From Trichinella spiralis (lineage: Eukaryota), in NCBI RefSeq assembly GCF_000181795.1, contig NW_003526940.1, positions 1,213,527 through 1,277,526 of the forward strand: a DNA stretch of 64,000 bases. Reading direction: 5' to 3'. The notes under the pieces are model-generated. The model was not told the DNA's origin, did no database searches, and was given only the letters and a program-made list of their open reading frames with translations. The position numbers and the translations under genes are program-made. How positions within the stretch are numbered: the first letter of the stretch is position 1; each line of letters opens with the position of its first letter. Shown one piece after another: positions 1-13,200 of this stretch.

Positions 1-5
1 TTTAG

Positions 6-2138
6 AAAAAGAAAACTTCGATGATCCATATTTTCTTACTTTGTAAATAATTTGTTCAAGCAAGCTTATTGAATAAAAATGCAATGTACATTTGCATGTT
101 TTCAAAGGTATGGGAAATTGTACATGCGGCTTAACTATAAAAGTAATGCTGAGAAATACTTCATCGACGCTATACGAATATTGCCCCGTTGCTGGCCTGC
201 TTGGGTTTATCTGGTCGAATGTCAGGATAGTCCGATGAATGTGAGCTGTTTGTTCCAAGTAGTGATTTTATTTGTAATCAATTTGGATCGATTTCAGTTT
301 ATGAAGCTTGCTCTGCCTGATCATTGGATGAAATTGTTCAGTTTTGTGAATTTATATTTGAAATTTCTTGACGGTTCTTCGGCAAAAGAAGTGCTCGACA
401 AGTTCATCACACCTGAATTGGCAAACACTCCGTACATTATAAATCAAATTGCGACAATAAATGTTTATGCAAGAAGTATGTTAATTATTCTTATTTTTTC
501 TTTAATTTAAATTCTAACAATATGTAGCTCAATTATTTTCTTTTTGAATTTAGAGTTTCCTACAGCGATAGATGAATATCGCAGGTTGATTGCAATTGAA
601 CCGAACAGAGAAGAGGGTATGGACAGATTTTCGGATTGTCTATTTGTTATGGTAATTTAAAAGTTAAAATTTTCTTTAATTTTTAACTTTTTCCACGATT
701 TTCTTTTAAAATTTAAATTTGTTTATCATTATCCAGGGTTTAAACGTAGAATTGAGCTATCTGGCGATAAAATGGTTTCACATCAACGTGCACTCACCGG
801 TGACTTGTTGCATACTTGGTATTGAAGTTGCTTTTTTGTCGAAACTGTTCACTTTTCTTGAATATTCTTTTCGTTTATAGCGAATTATTACAGTTCAATG
901 AGAAAACACGAAGAAGCAATGTCATGGTATACAAGGGCGGTGAAATTGGATCCAAATTCTTGCAACGCTTGGACACTACTCGGCCATGAGGGACTTGAAT
1001 TGCGCAATTATATTTCTTCATCCCACGCGTACAGTCGTGCTTTGGGTATTATTTTTTTAAAATTATTCTTGTCGAATACATATGTTATTAATAATTTGTA
1101 AGTAAATTAAACGAAATCATTCAGAAATTGATCCTCGTGATTATCGCGTTTGGTATTCGTTGGGTCAGTATTATGATGTGCTGCAGTGTCCTGCATTTGC
1201 GACGTTCTATTACGGCAGAGCTCACACGTTGAAGTCGGATTTCTAGAGCTATTTTTTTTCATTTTCTTCATTTGATTAATTGAGAAATTGATTTTTTTCG
1301 AATTTCAATTCAGAGATGATGATGGTCGAATGACAATTGCACTGGGGGATGTGTTTTTGAGGCAAAACGACGTTGAGCAGGCTGTACATTGTCTTTGGAA
1401 AAGTCACTGTATTGGCGACTTTGACAACAGTACTCTGATTCGACTTGGACAGTATGATGACGAATAGTGAAATTTTTAATATTTTGTGATTGTCATGTTC
1501 ATCTGTTTGGTTAGATGTTACGAAAAAGCGAACATGTTGGACGAAGCGGCGGAGATGTATTTGAAATTTTTGGATCGGGAAGAATCACCGAGAGTGCTGA
1601 TAATTAATTTTGAAGCGCATTTAATTTTTATTAATTATTTTGTTTTTTTTGAGAACCCATCACAATTGGCATTGAAAAATTGTCATAAATTTTTGGCAAA
1701 ATATTATTTTAACAAAAAGGATTTCAAGAAAGCCATTGATTACGCACATCCGTGTCTTGAAATTAACGCGGTAAGTTGTTATGATTAATTTGAATTTTTT
1801 TATTTGTTATTAGAAATTTAATAGCATTAAATAAAAAATTTATTTTTTGATTATTCAAGTTGCGGGAACCGATGAAGCGTTTGTTGAATGAAGTGAACAA
1901 GTTGAATCATGGTGCAAAGGATCGTCAACATTCGAAAAAAAATGTCTCGAAGGCTGATGTGACGGAGACGTCGGTGCTTGATTTGGTCGAGAACATCAAC
2001 GATTACGGTCATGCTAATGAAGAGGCGATAATTTCCGAATTTTTGGCTGAAGTTTTGAAATGCGATGATAATCGAGGTGAAAGTGAAAGTGAAACTGCTT
2101 TGGAAACAAATGCTGGCGACAATTTGATGAACAATTGA
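6..2138 (+). CDS. CDC23: Anaphase-promoting complex subunit 8 (CDC23/APC8), multi-exon, 5' end lies upstream of the window
   Basis: Spliced exons give TPR sequence typical of CDC23: DPYFLTLYGKLY, PRCWPAW, NYYSSMRKHEEAMSWYTRAVKLDPNSCNAWTLLGHEGLELRN, AYSRALEIDPRDYRVWYSLGQYY, DDDGRMTIALG. About 11 exons with GT-AG introns of ~55-90 nt; stop TGA at 2136-2138. Confidence 0.9.
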
Positions 2139-2549
2139 ATGATTTTGCATTTATATTCTCTTGCAAGCATGAAAAAAATTGGTGAATTATTAAAATTGAT
2201 CAGAAATATTTCATTCTTGATCGTTTACGTTTTCATTTTAATAATTGTTTCTTATTTTATTGAGTGAAATAAAAATAATCTTTTTTTTCACAGTGCAAAT
2301 TGGAAAATGTAGAAGTGTTGTTATTTATTCTGTTGGTAATCGTAGAAGTTGAAAAAAATTAAACAAAATAAATATTGAGATAGATCAGTTTAAACAAAAT
2401 TTGAATTTAAACTTTGAAAAGCAGATGCGTTGAATTTTAAAGTGTTTTTGTTTAAAGTGTTATTTTAAACAAAAAATGTCAACTTGGGCAAGCTTTGGGT
2501 TAAATTGTCATTTTGGCTTTTTGTCTTCAACTGCGCTGGTGACAAAAGC

Positions 2550-3319
2550 ATGGCGTTCTCTGACCAACCTTGCCGTATTTGTCAAAAGCATTTCGTCGAA
2601 GGCGAAGTGGTAAATAAAATAATTAATTGAACAACAGCCTGGCAGGTAAATTGATAATTTGCATATTGTCGTTCATTGCAGCCGATCGCTTTGGGTCGTT
2701 ATTGTTATCACGAAAAGTGTGTGCGGTGTGAATTCTGTTGCAAGCCGATTGAAAATCCAACGTTGAACGCGCAGGCGGTTGAGGAGAAAGTGTTCTGTAA
2801 GAGTCACATTGAAAAGAACGAAATCGGAGCCAAGCCGTCTTGTCCGACTTGTTTCAAAGAATTCACTATTGCCGATAAACGTCTGACCAAAGTTTTCGGC
2901 ATCACGTACCATTCCAATTGTGTCACTTGCTTTGACTGTAAAAAGGTAATTTGATGATCAAGTTCAATTTTTGTAAAAGGGTATTTATTTTTCAAATTTA
3001 TTGTTCAACACAGCCGATAGCAGCTAACAAATGGCAAGGCTACAACCAGCGTGCTTTGTGCCAATCTTGTTTCGATTTGGTCAAAAATGTTCCTTGTGTG
3101 AAGTGTAGAAAGGTGCTGAAAGATGAAGAGCAGAATGTGGTATTGTTAGCTGGTATCATTTGTCCCAATTGCTTCAAGTGTGCGGAGTGTTTGACACGTT
3201 TGGGATTGGAGGAAAAGTTTTACCAACTGAATGAAAATGTCTACTGTATCAAGTGTGATCGTGCGTTTCGCGTTGCGAAATACAAGTTCGACAGAACTCG
3301 TGGAGGTCCTAATTTCTGA
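2550..3319 (+). CDS. LIM-only protein with three LIM domains (3 exons: ~2550-2609, 2682-2945, 3013-3319)
   Basis: Three CxxC...(H/C)xxCxxCxxC...CxxX zinc-binding patterns: CRIC..HEKCVRCEFC..CKSH; CPTC..HSNCVTCFDC..CQSC; CVKC..CPNCFKCAEC..CIKC. Canonical splice sites. Confidence 0.85.
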
Positions 3320-3863
3320 ATCACCATTTTCAATTTCTGTTACTTACCCATTTATGATTTGTTCAAATTCAAGCTTTCAAATTTAAATTCATTTCAAATT
3401 TTTAAACTAATTTATCAATTATTTCATATAATTTCTGTATGAAAACATTCAACATTACATTCATTTCACCTTCTGTATAAAAATTAAAATTTTTAATAAA
3501 CTTCAAATTATATTGTTACTCGTGTTATCTATATCGTGTCATTGATAATGAAATTTTTGCAATAACTATTTTCATTGACATGCAATTCAGCTGACCGATG
3601 GATGGAATTTAGCGCAAATTCGATTTCAAATCATCATTGGATTTAAAAACAACATCATCGAAATTAAACCGTGTCAGTGAAAGCGGTGACGAGTCCTCAT
3701 CAAGTATATGAAATTGATAATTGAAAACAGTTCAAACAGATGCGCACTGGTCAAAGCTGACCCTTTCGAATTCAAAAGCTTCTGAACAGTCTTTTGACAT
3801 TCTACTTTGTTTCTTTTTTTGGGGGTTTTTTCTTTCATATTTATTTATTTATTCATTTCAAAC

Positions 3864-4747
3864 ATGAAAATCCTTCTAATCCTTGCCATTATTATACTGC
3901 TCCATTGCAAAAGTAAGCCAACGATAAATATATACAGTGCTATTGTGATAAATTGTTTTGTGCTTGTGAAAATTCAACATCTGAATAAATAAATTATATT
4001 ATTTTTGCTCAATCTCAAGGTGCTGCTGTCAACGCACGCGTGCCAGCCAATTATCGACGAAATCCGCTGATAATTTCACGGCGTGCAAGGCCGACAGTAT
4101 TGCCGGAATTTTTACTTTCGCACACCATTCACACCGGTATCGATATCAACCACGGCATGGATACGGTAGTGGACGGTTTTTTGAACATTCGACACCCGTC
4201 GAAGCCGAAAAAGCTCTGGGACATGAACGGCTATTTGAGAACCACACGCAACCACGTCTGGTATCATTATGGACATCTTCTGCGACCGGTCAACAAGTAC
4301 AATCTGACCGAATCCGCAATTGCAGAACTAACGCTTCATCCACTTTTCCGCCACCTCAGAGGTTCATATGTGGAGGGAAATAAAAAGCAATTAAAAAACA
4401 ATTTATTTATTATGATTTTAGGAACAATTTCCAAAAGACCACTGATGATTTTGCCGAGAAGATTCATACCGGTACGCTGCAAGCCACCGGTCTGCAATCC
4501 ATATCTGCACACCTGGGCCAACGGTATCGAAGTGGAACCGGGCAACGATTTCGCCGTCGAAGGTATGCTAGATTTTCCAGTGTCGGCCGGTGAACCGGAT
4601 GTCGAGCTGCGCTTCCCACTCCAAGGAATGTTCGTCTGGCAAAAGGTGCCCGTTCGTTTCATTTATGGCCAACACATGACACCAGTGAATCCGTTCCGTC
4701 GCAAATGCGACACAACGAATTGCAAATCTTCACCACCGTTCAAATGA
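3864..4747 (+). CDS. Uncharacterised secreted protein with two internal repeats (exons ~3864-3911, 4020-4361, 4422-4747)
   Basis: ATG at 3864 gives a signal-peptide-like MKILLILAIIILLHCK, followed by a GTAAGC donor. Long GC-richer exons, stop at 4745-4747, AATAAA at 4754. Confidence 0.75.
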
Positions 4748-4806
4748 AGCAACAATAAAAGAAATGTGCAATTTCTTATTAATATTAAAATTAAAAAATA
4801 TTACAA

Positions 4807-6977
4807 TTAGACAACTGATAGCACGGCGCGAGCGATGAAAAAGCTGAAAATCGAGCCTGAAACGACACCAAAGCACTGGTATACGGCCGACAGCGCGCCG
4901 GCAATTTCTTTCCATTCGTCGTTCACTTGAGCAGAACAATAAATTGTGCACAAATTTATCAAATAACCGTTGCTGAAGCCGAGCACGGTGATCAAAAAGG
5001 CGAAACCGAAATCGTCCGGCATCAGACCTTCTGCCAAAGGTCTGGATGCTACATTACAACAAAGCAGAGCCGGAATCAATGCAATCCTGGCCACGGCGAG
5101 AACCACCAGAAGTGCATGGTCGGCTTTAGGCTGAAACGTGAGCATGGATTGATGATATTCGTGGGAAGAAAATTATAATAATACCCATCGAAGTTTTTGA
5201 GTAATTGAACGTCCGATAAGATCGCTGACGTTGAAATTAAGAAAAAGACCAACTGGTAAAAAATATTCTGAAATTTCAATTTTTTTAATATGAAATCAAA
5301 AATTCAATTTCCACAATTATTCTTCACCATTCCAAGTAGTATTGTTGCTGGTCGACTTTGTCAATGATGCTAGAGCAGGAAAGCACACCAGTGTAACAAA
5401 ATTTACAACAAACAATACAATCGCATAATAGATTGTCTAAAAATGAAACATCAACACCAAATTCATAAAATGCATATTTTTTATTAACAAACCTCATAAA
5501 ATACATTTTTCACTACATCCATTTTCTTCCACAACACATTGATTGAATATTCTTGATATTCTTGCAGAAGCTGACATTGGTCATCTTGTCTTGTCGACTG
5601 TTCATTAATTCCTACCGATTTGAAACGTTGTGGCAGTTTCTCAAATGAAAAAAAATTAACTAATCAATATTCAGCAATTCATTCACAATCGAACACGAAT
5701 CATTTATTAGAAATGCAAATATAAGACGAACAGTTTTTACAGCTTTTACAGTAATACCTAAACTGAACTTTGTGCATTGCATAATTTTATTATAATTTTC
5801 TTTCAATTTCAATTCGAACATATCTATAACATATACACAACCGAGAAAAAAATAAGGTGCACCAAAACACCGAGAAATAAAAAAATAATTTTTATTTTAT
5901 TCCGTAATAACTTTTTTACAATGCATACAAGTTGAACTATTCTTCTTGAACATTAAAGCAAATCTTACCTTGTGCAAAACTTCATAATATGCAACGCAGG
6001 ATACGATTACGTACAAGATGCTGATTGTAAAATAAGAACTTCCAATAAGCATCGGAGAACCATGATTTGACCAAATGGAAAATATGGATAATAATGATGT
6101 GAAAATGCCAGACATGGACTAAATGGGAGGGATATTTGTAGTCAAAATTTTCAACACAAACACACTCACCCATCCACAAAGTAGCAATACCATACAACGA
6201 GAAGGATATAGTGCAGACAATCCCAAACTCGACCCTGCTAGCACACTACTTCCAACTGAAAAATCAGAAACAAAATTTTCATTCAAGAAAATATCAAAAT
6301 TAGAAAAAAATTTTCTTCATTATGAATAAAAAATATTACAATTTCCAATGGCCATGAAAATCAAAGTGATGACAAAGAACGATAATCTTGCAGACGATGT
6401 ATCCACTACTGCCAACGCCAACGCGGGAATTAGGCTGGCAATCATTAAAATATGAGCACCAATCATACGCACACCAATAGAAAGCCTAGAATAGATGATA
6501 TGTATAATTTATAACGAAAAATTTTCATAATTACTTATCAGTCAATGCTACATTGACTAAATTTCCAATGAGAATAGTTGCACTGCCAACAAAACTAAAA
6601 TAATTTTCAAAAGTATCCGCAAAATCATGATGACCAGTGATGTTCAACATTGGGGAAAGTTTGTATTGAAAATACTAAAAAAAATAATAATATTCAATAT
6701 TCATAAAAATGGATTGGACAGTTAGTTGATTTGTCATCAAAAATTTTTATACTTCTTTGGCAGTAATAAATAAATTCCACGGAAGAAGGCAACAGATGCC
6801 AAGAAGAAAAAATATCACTTGCACAGAGTATGTGCAAATGACTCTTTCCTCTGCCATTTTTAACGTATTATTTTCTTCTGCCTGGTCTATCTGCCCGGCG
6901 ATGTTTTGCTGAAACAACCGTTATAAGTTCTATTTGAAAAATACCACTGTACATACTTGAACTTCAATCGATTCCAT
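4807..6977 (-). CDS. Equilibrative nucleoside transporter (ENT/SLC29 family), multi-exon
   Basis: ENT motifs: IFFLLGICCLLPWNLFITAKEYF, FENYFSF, GLSNGY-like LGFSNGYL, ARIALIPALLCCNV, EIAGALSAVYQCFGVVSGSIFSF. Many hydrophobic helices. Start MESIEVQ followed by a GTATGT donor. Confidence 0.9.
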
Positions 6978-8325
6978 TTGTATCTAAAATGCAAACATCA
7001 ATTATGAAAAAAAATTAAATAATAAACAAAATTCTATAATATTTATTTCTGAATAGCGTTAATCAAGTGCTATGCATTAGCAAACATAAATATCATCATA
7101 AAACAATATCTTTTTAAACGGCTGCAGTTGTTCATCTTAAAAATAAACCAAAAAAAATAAGCTCAACAAAACAATACAATTATATCCACTTTGTATTAAA
7201 AAAATTTTTCGTTTCTGTACGAAATAAAAATAAATAATATAATTTTTCTCACAATTAAAGCAGAAATTAAATCAAAGAAAATAAAAAATAGTTCGATAAC
7301 CTGTGCAAACATTAACAGCATACAGACTTCAATTTTATCACAATTATTGTGGCAAAATATGAATGCAAATAAAGATTTTAAAAAATTCACATTTAACAAC
7401 CGTGCATTATAGGAAGTAATTTTCGACCATAATAATTTATTTATGTGAAGCTTGCAGTGTAATGACAGTGAATTTTTTTAACACAATTTTTAAAACAACA
7501 CAAACTTACAATATGGAAACTTTGTGAGACAAACTTACTTTTTGGAAAAAATAAAATTATCAATTCCACCCAATACTTTTGACTTTCATTATTTTGCTAC
7601 GCCAAATTTATCTCAAATATATATATATAATTAAAGATAACATAAACAAATGAACTGAAATGCATATACTATCATCAATTATTGTAAGCGATATTTTCGG
7701 TGTAAATAATTCAGAAATGACAAACAAAAAGGTAGCTATAATAACATGTAAAAGACGGATCAATTTGCTTACAGATTATTACGTAGAAACGGTAAACAAT
7801 TTTCACCAATCTTAAGCAGCAGGTTTTACTACATACTGTACTTTTGTGCAATTTTATCCAACATTGAAGTTACAACTGAAAATTTCTAGGCATACAATTT
7901 CATATAATTTCCAGAAAAAACTTTTCCAATTTCATATTTTGTATTTTGTAAAAGTTTTTCGCTTTTCTGTAATAATAAATATTTTGGTTAAAAAAATTTA
8001 ATAACCAAGCAGCCTATTGTTTAATGTAACTTTTGTAATTCATTGATCAGCATTGAATTTTATTACTTTGCTGACATTTGTTTGTGTTTACGTTGTTATA
8101 TTTGATAATAAAAGCAGACTGTGTTAAATATTTACCCGGTAATCTGAATTTATATTTTATTTAATATAATATTTAAAATTTTTCTAAATAAAAATATAAA
8201 ATGTAAAACTTTTATAATTACACTGAGATAAAAGTTTTTTGCATTATACGATACTGTAAGCACTTGAACATTCAAAAATTACAGTTGGAAGAGTTTAGTA
8301 TCAAACGAAATTTGATCAATCTGTC

Positions 8326-9074
8326 ATGTCTGATTCATCGTCTTCCAGTGGTCCAGAAGATGTACGTATTGTGGACGAATTATTTATTTTCCAATGTACA
8401 AATAATCGATTCATTGAGTCCTTTGAATGCATGTACAATTTGTTGACTAATGTAAATGATAACAGTTGAAACTGTTATAATTTTTTAATTAAGTAATAAA
8501 TATAGTAAATTACTTTCATTCCTACGATTGAAATAGCAAATTTTGTAATCTATATTTCATGTTTTCTTTCACTGATAATGCATGTATTATTACATAATTG
8601 TGAATTGTTTTAAACTGATCATATTCGGGTCGAATATTTTTCCTTTGTTAAGCGTTTTCCACCGCAAAATAAAAAGAAAGGAAATAAATCCAGTGAACCA
8701 CCCACGAAGAAGGGAAAAATTGAACAACCGGAGGAAAGTGATGAATTCAAATTGGATGTAATTGAAAATGCCCCGAAGCTTGATTGAATCTCTTTAAAAT
8801 TGATTGTGTGATATTTCGCTTTTTCAGCTTGGTGGTCGTAAATTTGTACACGTGAATGAATTTCGAGGCCGCAAGCGAGTCGACATCAGAGAATATTTTC
8901 AAGCAAGCGACGGACAAGTTCGACCAACCAAAAAAGGTTCATATTCAATATTTTATTTCCATTTTAATTTTATAAATTTTTCAATCATATGCAGGCATTT
9001 CATTATCTCACGAACAGTTCCAGCTATTGCTTGACAGTGCAGACAAAATTAAAGACAAGTTGCGAGAATTCTGA
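8326..9074 (+). CDS. SUB1: Transcriptional coactivator PC4/p15 (exons ~8326-8361, 8653-8757, 8828-8936, 8995-9074)
   Basis: Ser-rich N-terminus MSDSSSSSGPED, a Lys-rich linker, and the PC4 ssDNA-binding domain LGGRKFVHVNEFRGRKRVDIREYFQASDGQVRPTKKGISLSHEQFQLL. Confidence 0.92.
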
Positions 9075-10211
9075 TTGAAAGAGGCGAAATTTTTTAACGT
9101 TTGCAGTTTTGTTCTTTTCAGTTTATTTTTAAATTTGATGCAAATTTCAAAAAATATTTAAAAAAAAGGTGTCAACTTTGTTGATAAATAAGGATTCATT
9201 GAAAGTTTTTGTTTATTTTATTTGATTAAACTTTGTTTCAGCAATATGAAAATTTGTTTTGTGATTGTTGAATTGAGTGAGCATGCAATTTTGCATTTTA
9301 TTTTTCAATGAAAATTCAGAAATTAATATCTCAAGTTCATTTATTTGAGTTCAAACGCGCTGCTGCTAAGTACAGGATGAAAATAACTTTCATTGTGAGA
9401 AATGAAATTCCTGGCCTAAATTTTCAATTTCAATTATTCAAACTAATTTTAGATCGAAACTTATCAGTGAACAGTATAATTAAAAATAATCAGGCATCAC
9501 TTGCATTGTTTTTAAACTGCACTTTTTTAAACACTTGTACAATAATAAATTATTACCAAGAAGATTATACGAAAAAAATGTCATTTTTTAGCTGAAAGGT
9601 CCCATGCATGGGCAGTAATAGATCACTTTCGGATTAAAAGTATAACTTACCATCTGAGAATGTAGAAAAAAACATTTTGAAATAATTTGCTTACTGTATC
9701 CATTTGCGGAGAGTTTACTTTTCCGATTTGAAAAGTGCTCTTCCAAGATATTTTTTCATCAGACACAACTTCTGGACTGATTTGCAAAATTTACAAAGTA
9801 GCTTTAAGCTTCTTCAACTAATTCATTTTTCACATTTGTATCAAAATGAATACCCAGAAAAATGAAAATACATTATCTAAAAGATATACTGAACAATTAT
9901 GAAGAAAAAAATCATATACTATCCGTTCGTCACACACATGTATTCGTACATATATTTGCATCACTCATAATTTCTGGTCATACATGAAAGCAAGTGTAAC
10001 AAAAATCTTTGAAAAAAATATATTCCAATTTTTATTACTATTAAAAATAAAGTGCCTTTAAAATCATTCTTAAATTTTCATAATTCACTGCATATTTATT
10101 TTTTAAGCAAAAAAAACAAATAAAAATGGGGGAAAAAATTTCATATGAAATCAAATTAATTAATAAATAATAGCATATTATCAAATGAATGAAAGATTGA
10201 AATGGAAATTT

Positions 10212-13200
10212 TCAAAAAACCGGGATTTCATTGTGCGTCGTGTAAACCAAGTCGTCGTCAATGACAAGCAGAACAACAAAAGAAAGAAACAAACTAATTG
10301 CGGACAAAAAGTGCCAAATATCGTGTGCATCATAGAAGCCTAAAAAAATGCACCGATTGTTCAATTCGCGTGACTGAGCCGCTGTGAACTGAAAAAAAAA
10401 CAAACAAACAAATAAATAAATAAACAAATATGCAGAAATTAAGGGAGAAAAGAAAAAATAAACACTTACACGCCAGCTTGATTGTTCTTGAAGAAAAAAG
10501 AGCAAACTGAATCCCCAAGAAATGCAAGAAAGCCCGGAAAGTAAAATTGCCCGGTAATTCAGATGTTCTTTGTGTCGCATCTGAGAAAAGAATTATATAT
10601 TTAAATACAGATGAGATTGATAATGAAATAATAATTTCCCCATCAATTCAAACCTTCATTGCAATGTAAAACAGCAAATACAAAAGTAAATTGCTGATAA
10701 ATATCACAACCAGATAAAGTGGAAAATCTCTGAACTGTTTGATAATACCGACGATGATGCTAAAAAATATAATATACATCATCCATCATCTTCTAAATTG
10801 GTCACAATTAATGATCACAAACTTACAAGGCAATGTTCAACACGTTACCAAATAACAAAAATATCATCCGATCCTGAAGTATAAATTGAACATTAGTATA
10901 TTAGTGAATTAATTATTAGTGACGAAATGGGGAAAAAAAATAATCTACCGGATAACTTGGACAATACCAACTGCATGTTTTGTTGCAAGAAAAAAATTCT
11001 TTGAAAATTCGAATTGCTGCACCACGTTCTTGAGGAAAAAGGAAATAAGAAAAAAAAATATTTTTTAATATAAAAAATTAATTTTACCAATTCTCCATTG
11101 ACCTTTGTAGTAAAATTCGGCACTCAAAGTAAAAATTAGAATAGCATAAAAAATGCTGAACACTATCCAAAATGGTAACCCGTTGTAAACCTATAAAAAC
11201 AACAATTTATTAATTTATCAAATAATACATATATATTTTTTTTTCAAAACTCACCACTCCAATTACAGCCAAAAAAATAAACATAGCCATCACAGCGTAG
11301 GCAACATGCGAATCTGCATTGATGTCTGGATGACGAATTTGATAAATCTTTAACATACTCAACGCAGCAATCATATACATAAAAGCAGTATCTGAAATAT
11401 TGAAATAAATCGAAACGAACAGAAGAAATAAATCGAACCAATCGATGCGCATACCAAATTGAAAATTGGCAAAATTCGGACAAACGTGATAACAACCGCT
11501 GAGAATGCCTTCCAATGCCAGAGCCATACCCATAGCGTAGAACAATCCATAATGTTGTGGAATGCCATAATGCTGAAAATTTAACAAAATCAACCTTCAT
11601 CATCATCAACAACAACAACAACAAAAATATTACAGTATAAAAGGCTTCGTTTCTGTTCAATTGTCGTTGATTTTCCGCATCTCTGCAATAAAAGAAGAAA
11701 AACATATTGTAAAATGATAAAAAAAAATTTTTTTAACAAAAAAATAATATACCTCATCCAAACAAGAATCAAAAACAACAAGCCCAACAGTACGTAACCA
11801 ACATTGCTGAAGACACTGTTGAAAGCAAATATACCCCACAGTGGACGTGCGCATTCGAAATTGTAAAAGCACAAATCTTGATCGCCTGTTTTAACAACTT
11901 CCTAAAAATATCCAGCAGTTGTTCAATTTTGCTTCTCAAATTTCACTTTACATATTTATTTATTTAGTAAAATGTTCATCAGAAAAATCAAATGATATAA
12001 ATCTTGCTTATTATCAAATGCACAAATTAAATATGCGTCAGTTCAATTCAGAGCTTCACTAATTAAAAATTACAATGTCGAATTATAAAAGTTGATGATA
12101 CAACTCACTGATTGATACGTCAATACCAATTGAACAACCGGAAGAATGTAAAAAATTGCAATTGTAAGCAAATTCCTAAAGAAAGAAAAATAAATAAAAA
12201 ATCGACGAACATTTAATTAAACAAAATAAAATAATTCAAAAAATTACTACCATGGATATATTGAATACTTCCTGTCGTTTTGCTTGTACGGTTTCCTAGC
12301 TAAATCAGCGACCATCAAACTGACCTTAAAAATCAATTGAATAATTGAAATTTACTATAATTATAATTATTTAATATCTAATAACAATAACAAAACAAAT
12401 AATAATAGTAAACCTTCGTTCTGACGACGACTTTTTCAAGAGAAATTTCTTCTTCTTCCACACTGGATGAATGCTCTCGTGTACGAACCCTGTTTTGTAT
12501 CACTGAAAATGAAGCAAATTTTTTTGCAAATTAACAATTTGTAAAATTAATTTAAAAAAAACAATAATCACTGACGAGGATCCGATTCCAAAGAATTTAT
12601 TGCTCCATAATTTTCGCCAATTCCACCAGTTGCTTCTTCTTCTTCAAAAGCAACCAGCAAATCTTTTCTTATGTGTCGAAATCGCAGTTCATCTCTTGTG
12701 ATGTAAATTTTGCAAAATTAACAAACAATGCAAAACTCGAATTCAAGCTTACCGACAATAAAATACAAGCCAAAACAAAAATACAACAATGTAAATTACA
12801 GCATAAACCGCCAACGTTGAACCAATCACCAGCAGATAATCGTCGTCTGAAATTGGTGGAATTATCAACCAAAGCAAAAGCATACGGTAAAATGGTCGGT
12901 TTACAATACTTGACATCACTTTTTCCACCAATACTTGAAATGATTTCGACTGATTGACATCCGATACAGGATCTAACAACAGTGCAACTTGTGGTTCAAT
13001 AAAAAACAATCCATCCATTAAATTATTTTATTACCAGCCGGAACAAGTGTGGACATGTAATTGCATTCGTACGGATTCGCTTTGACGACAAACACTACAT
13101 GCACCTGTGCCATGGATGTTTTGTGCAAAGTGACCGCGGCTTTCTTGGTCATCGTTTGATAATCGCCCAAAAATTTCACATTCGTGTCCAAATCAAACGC

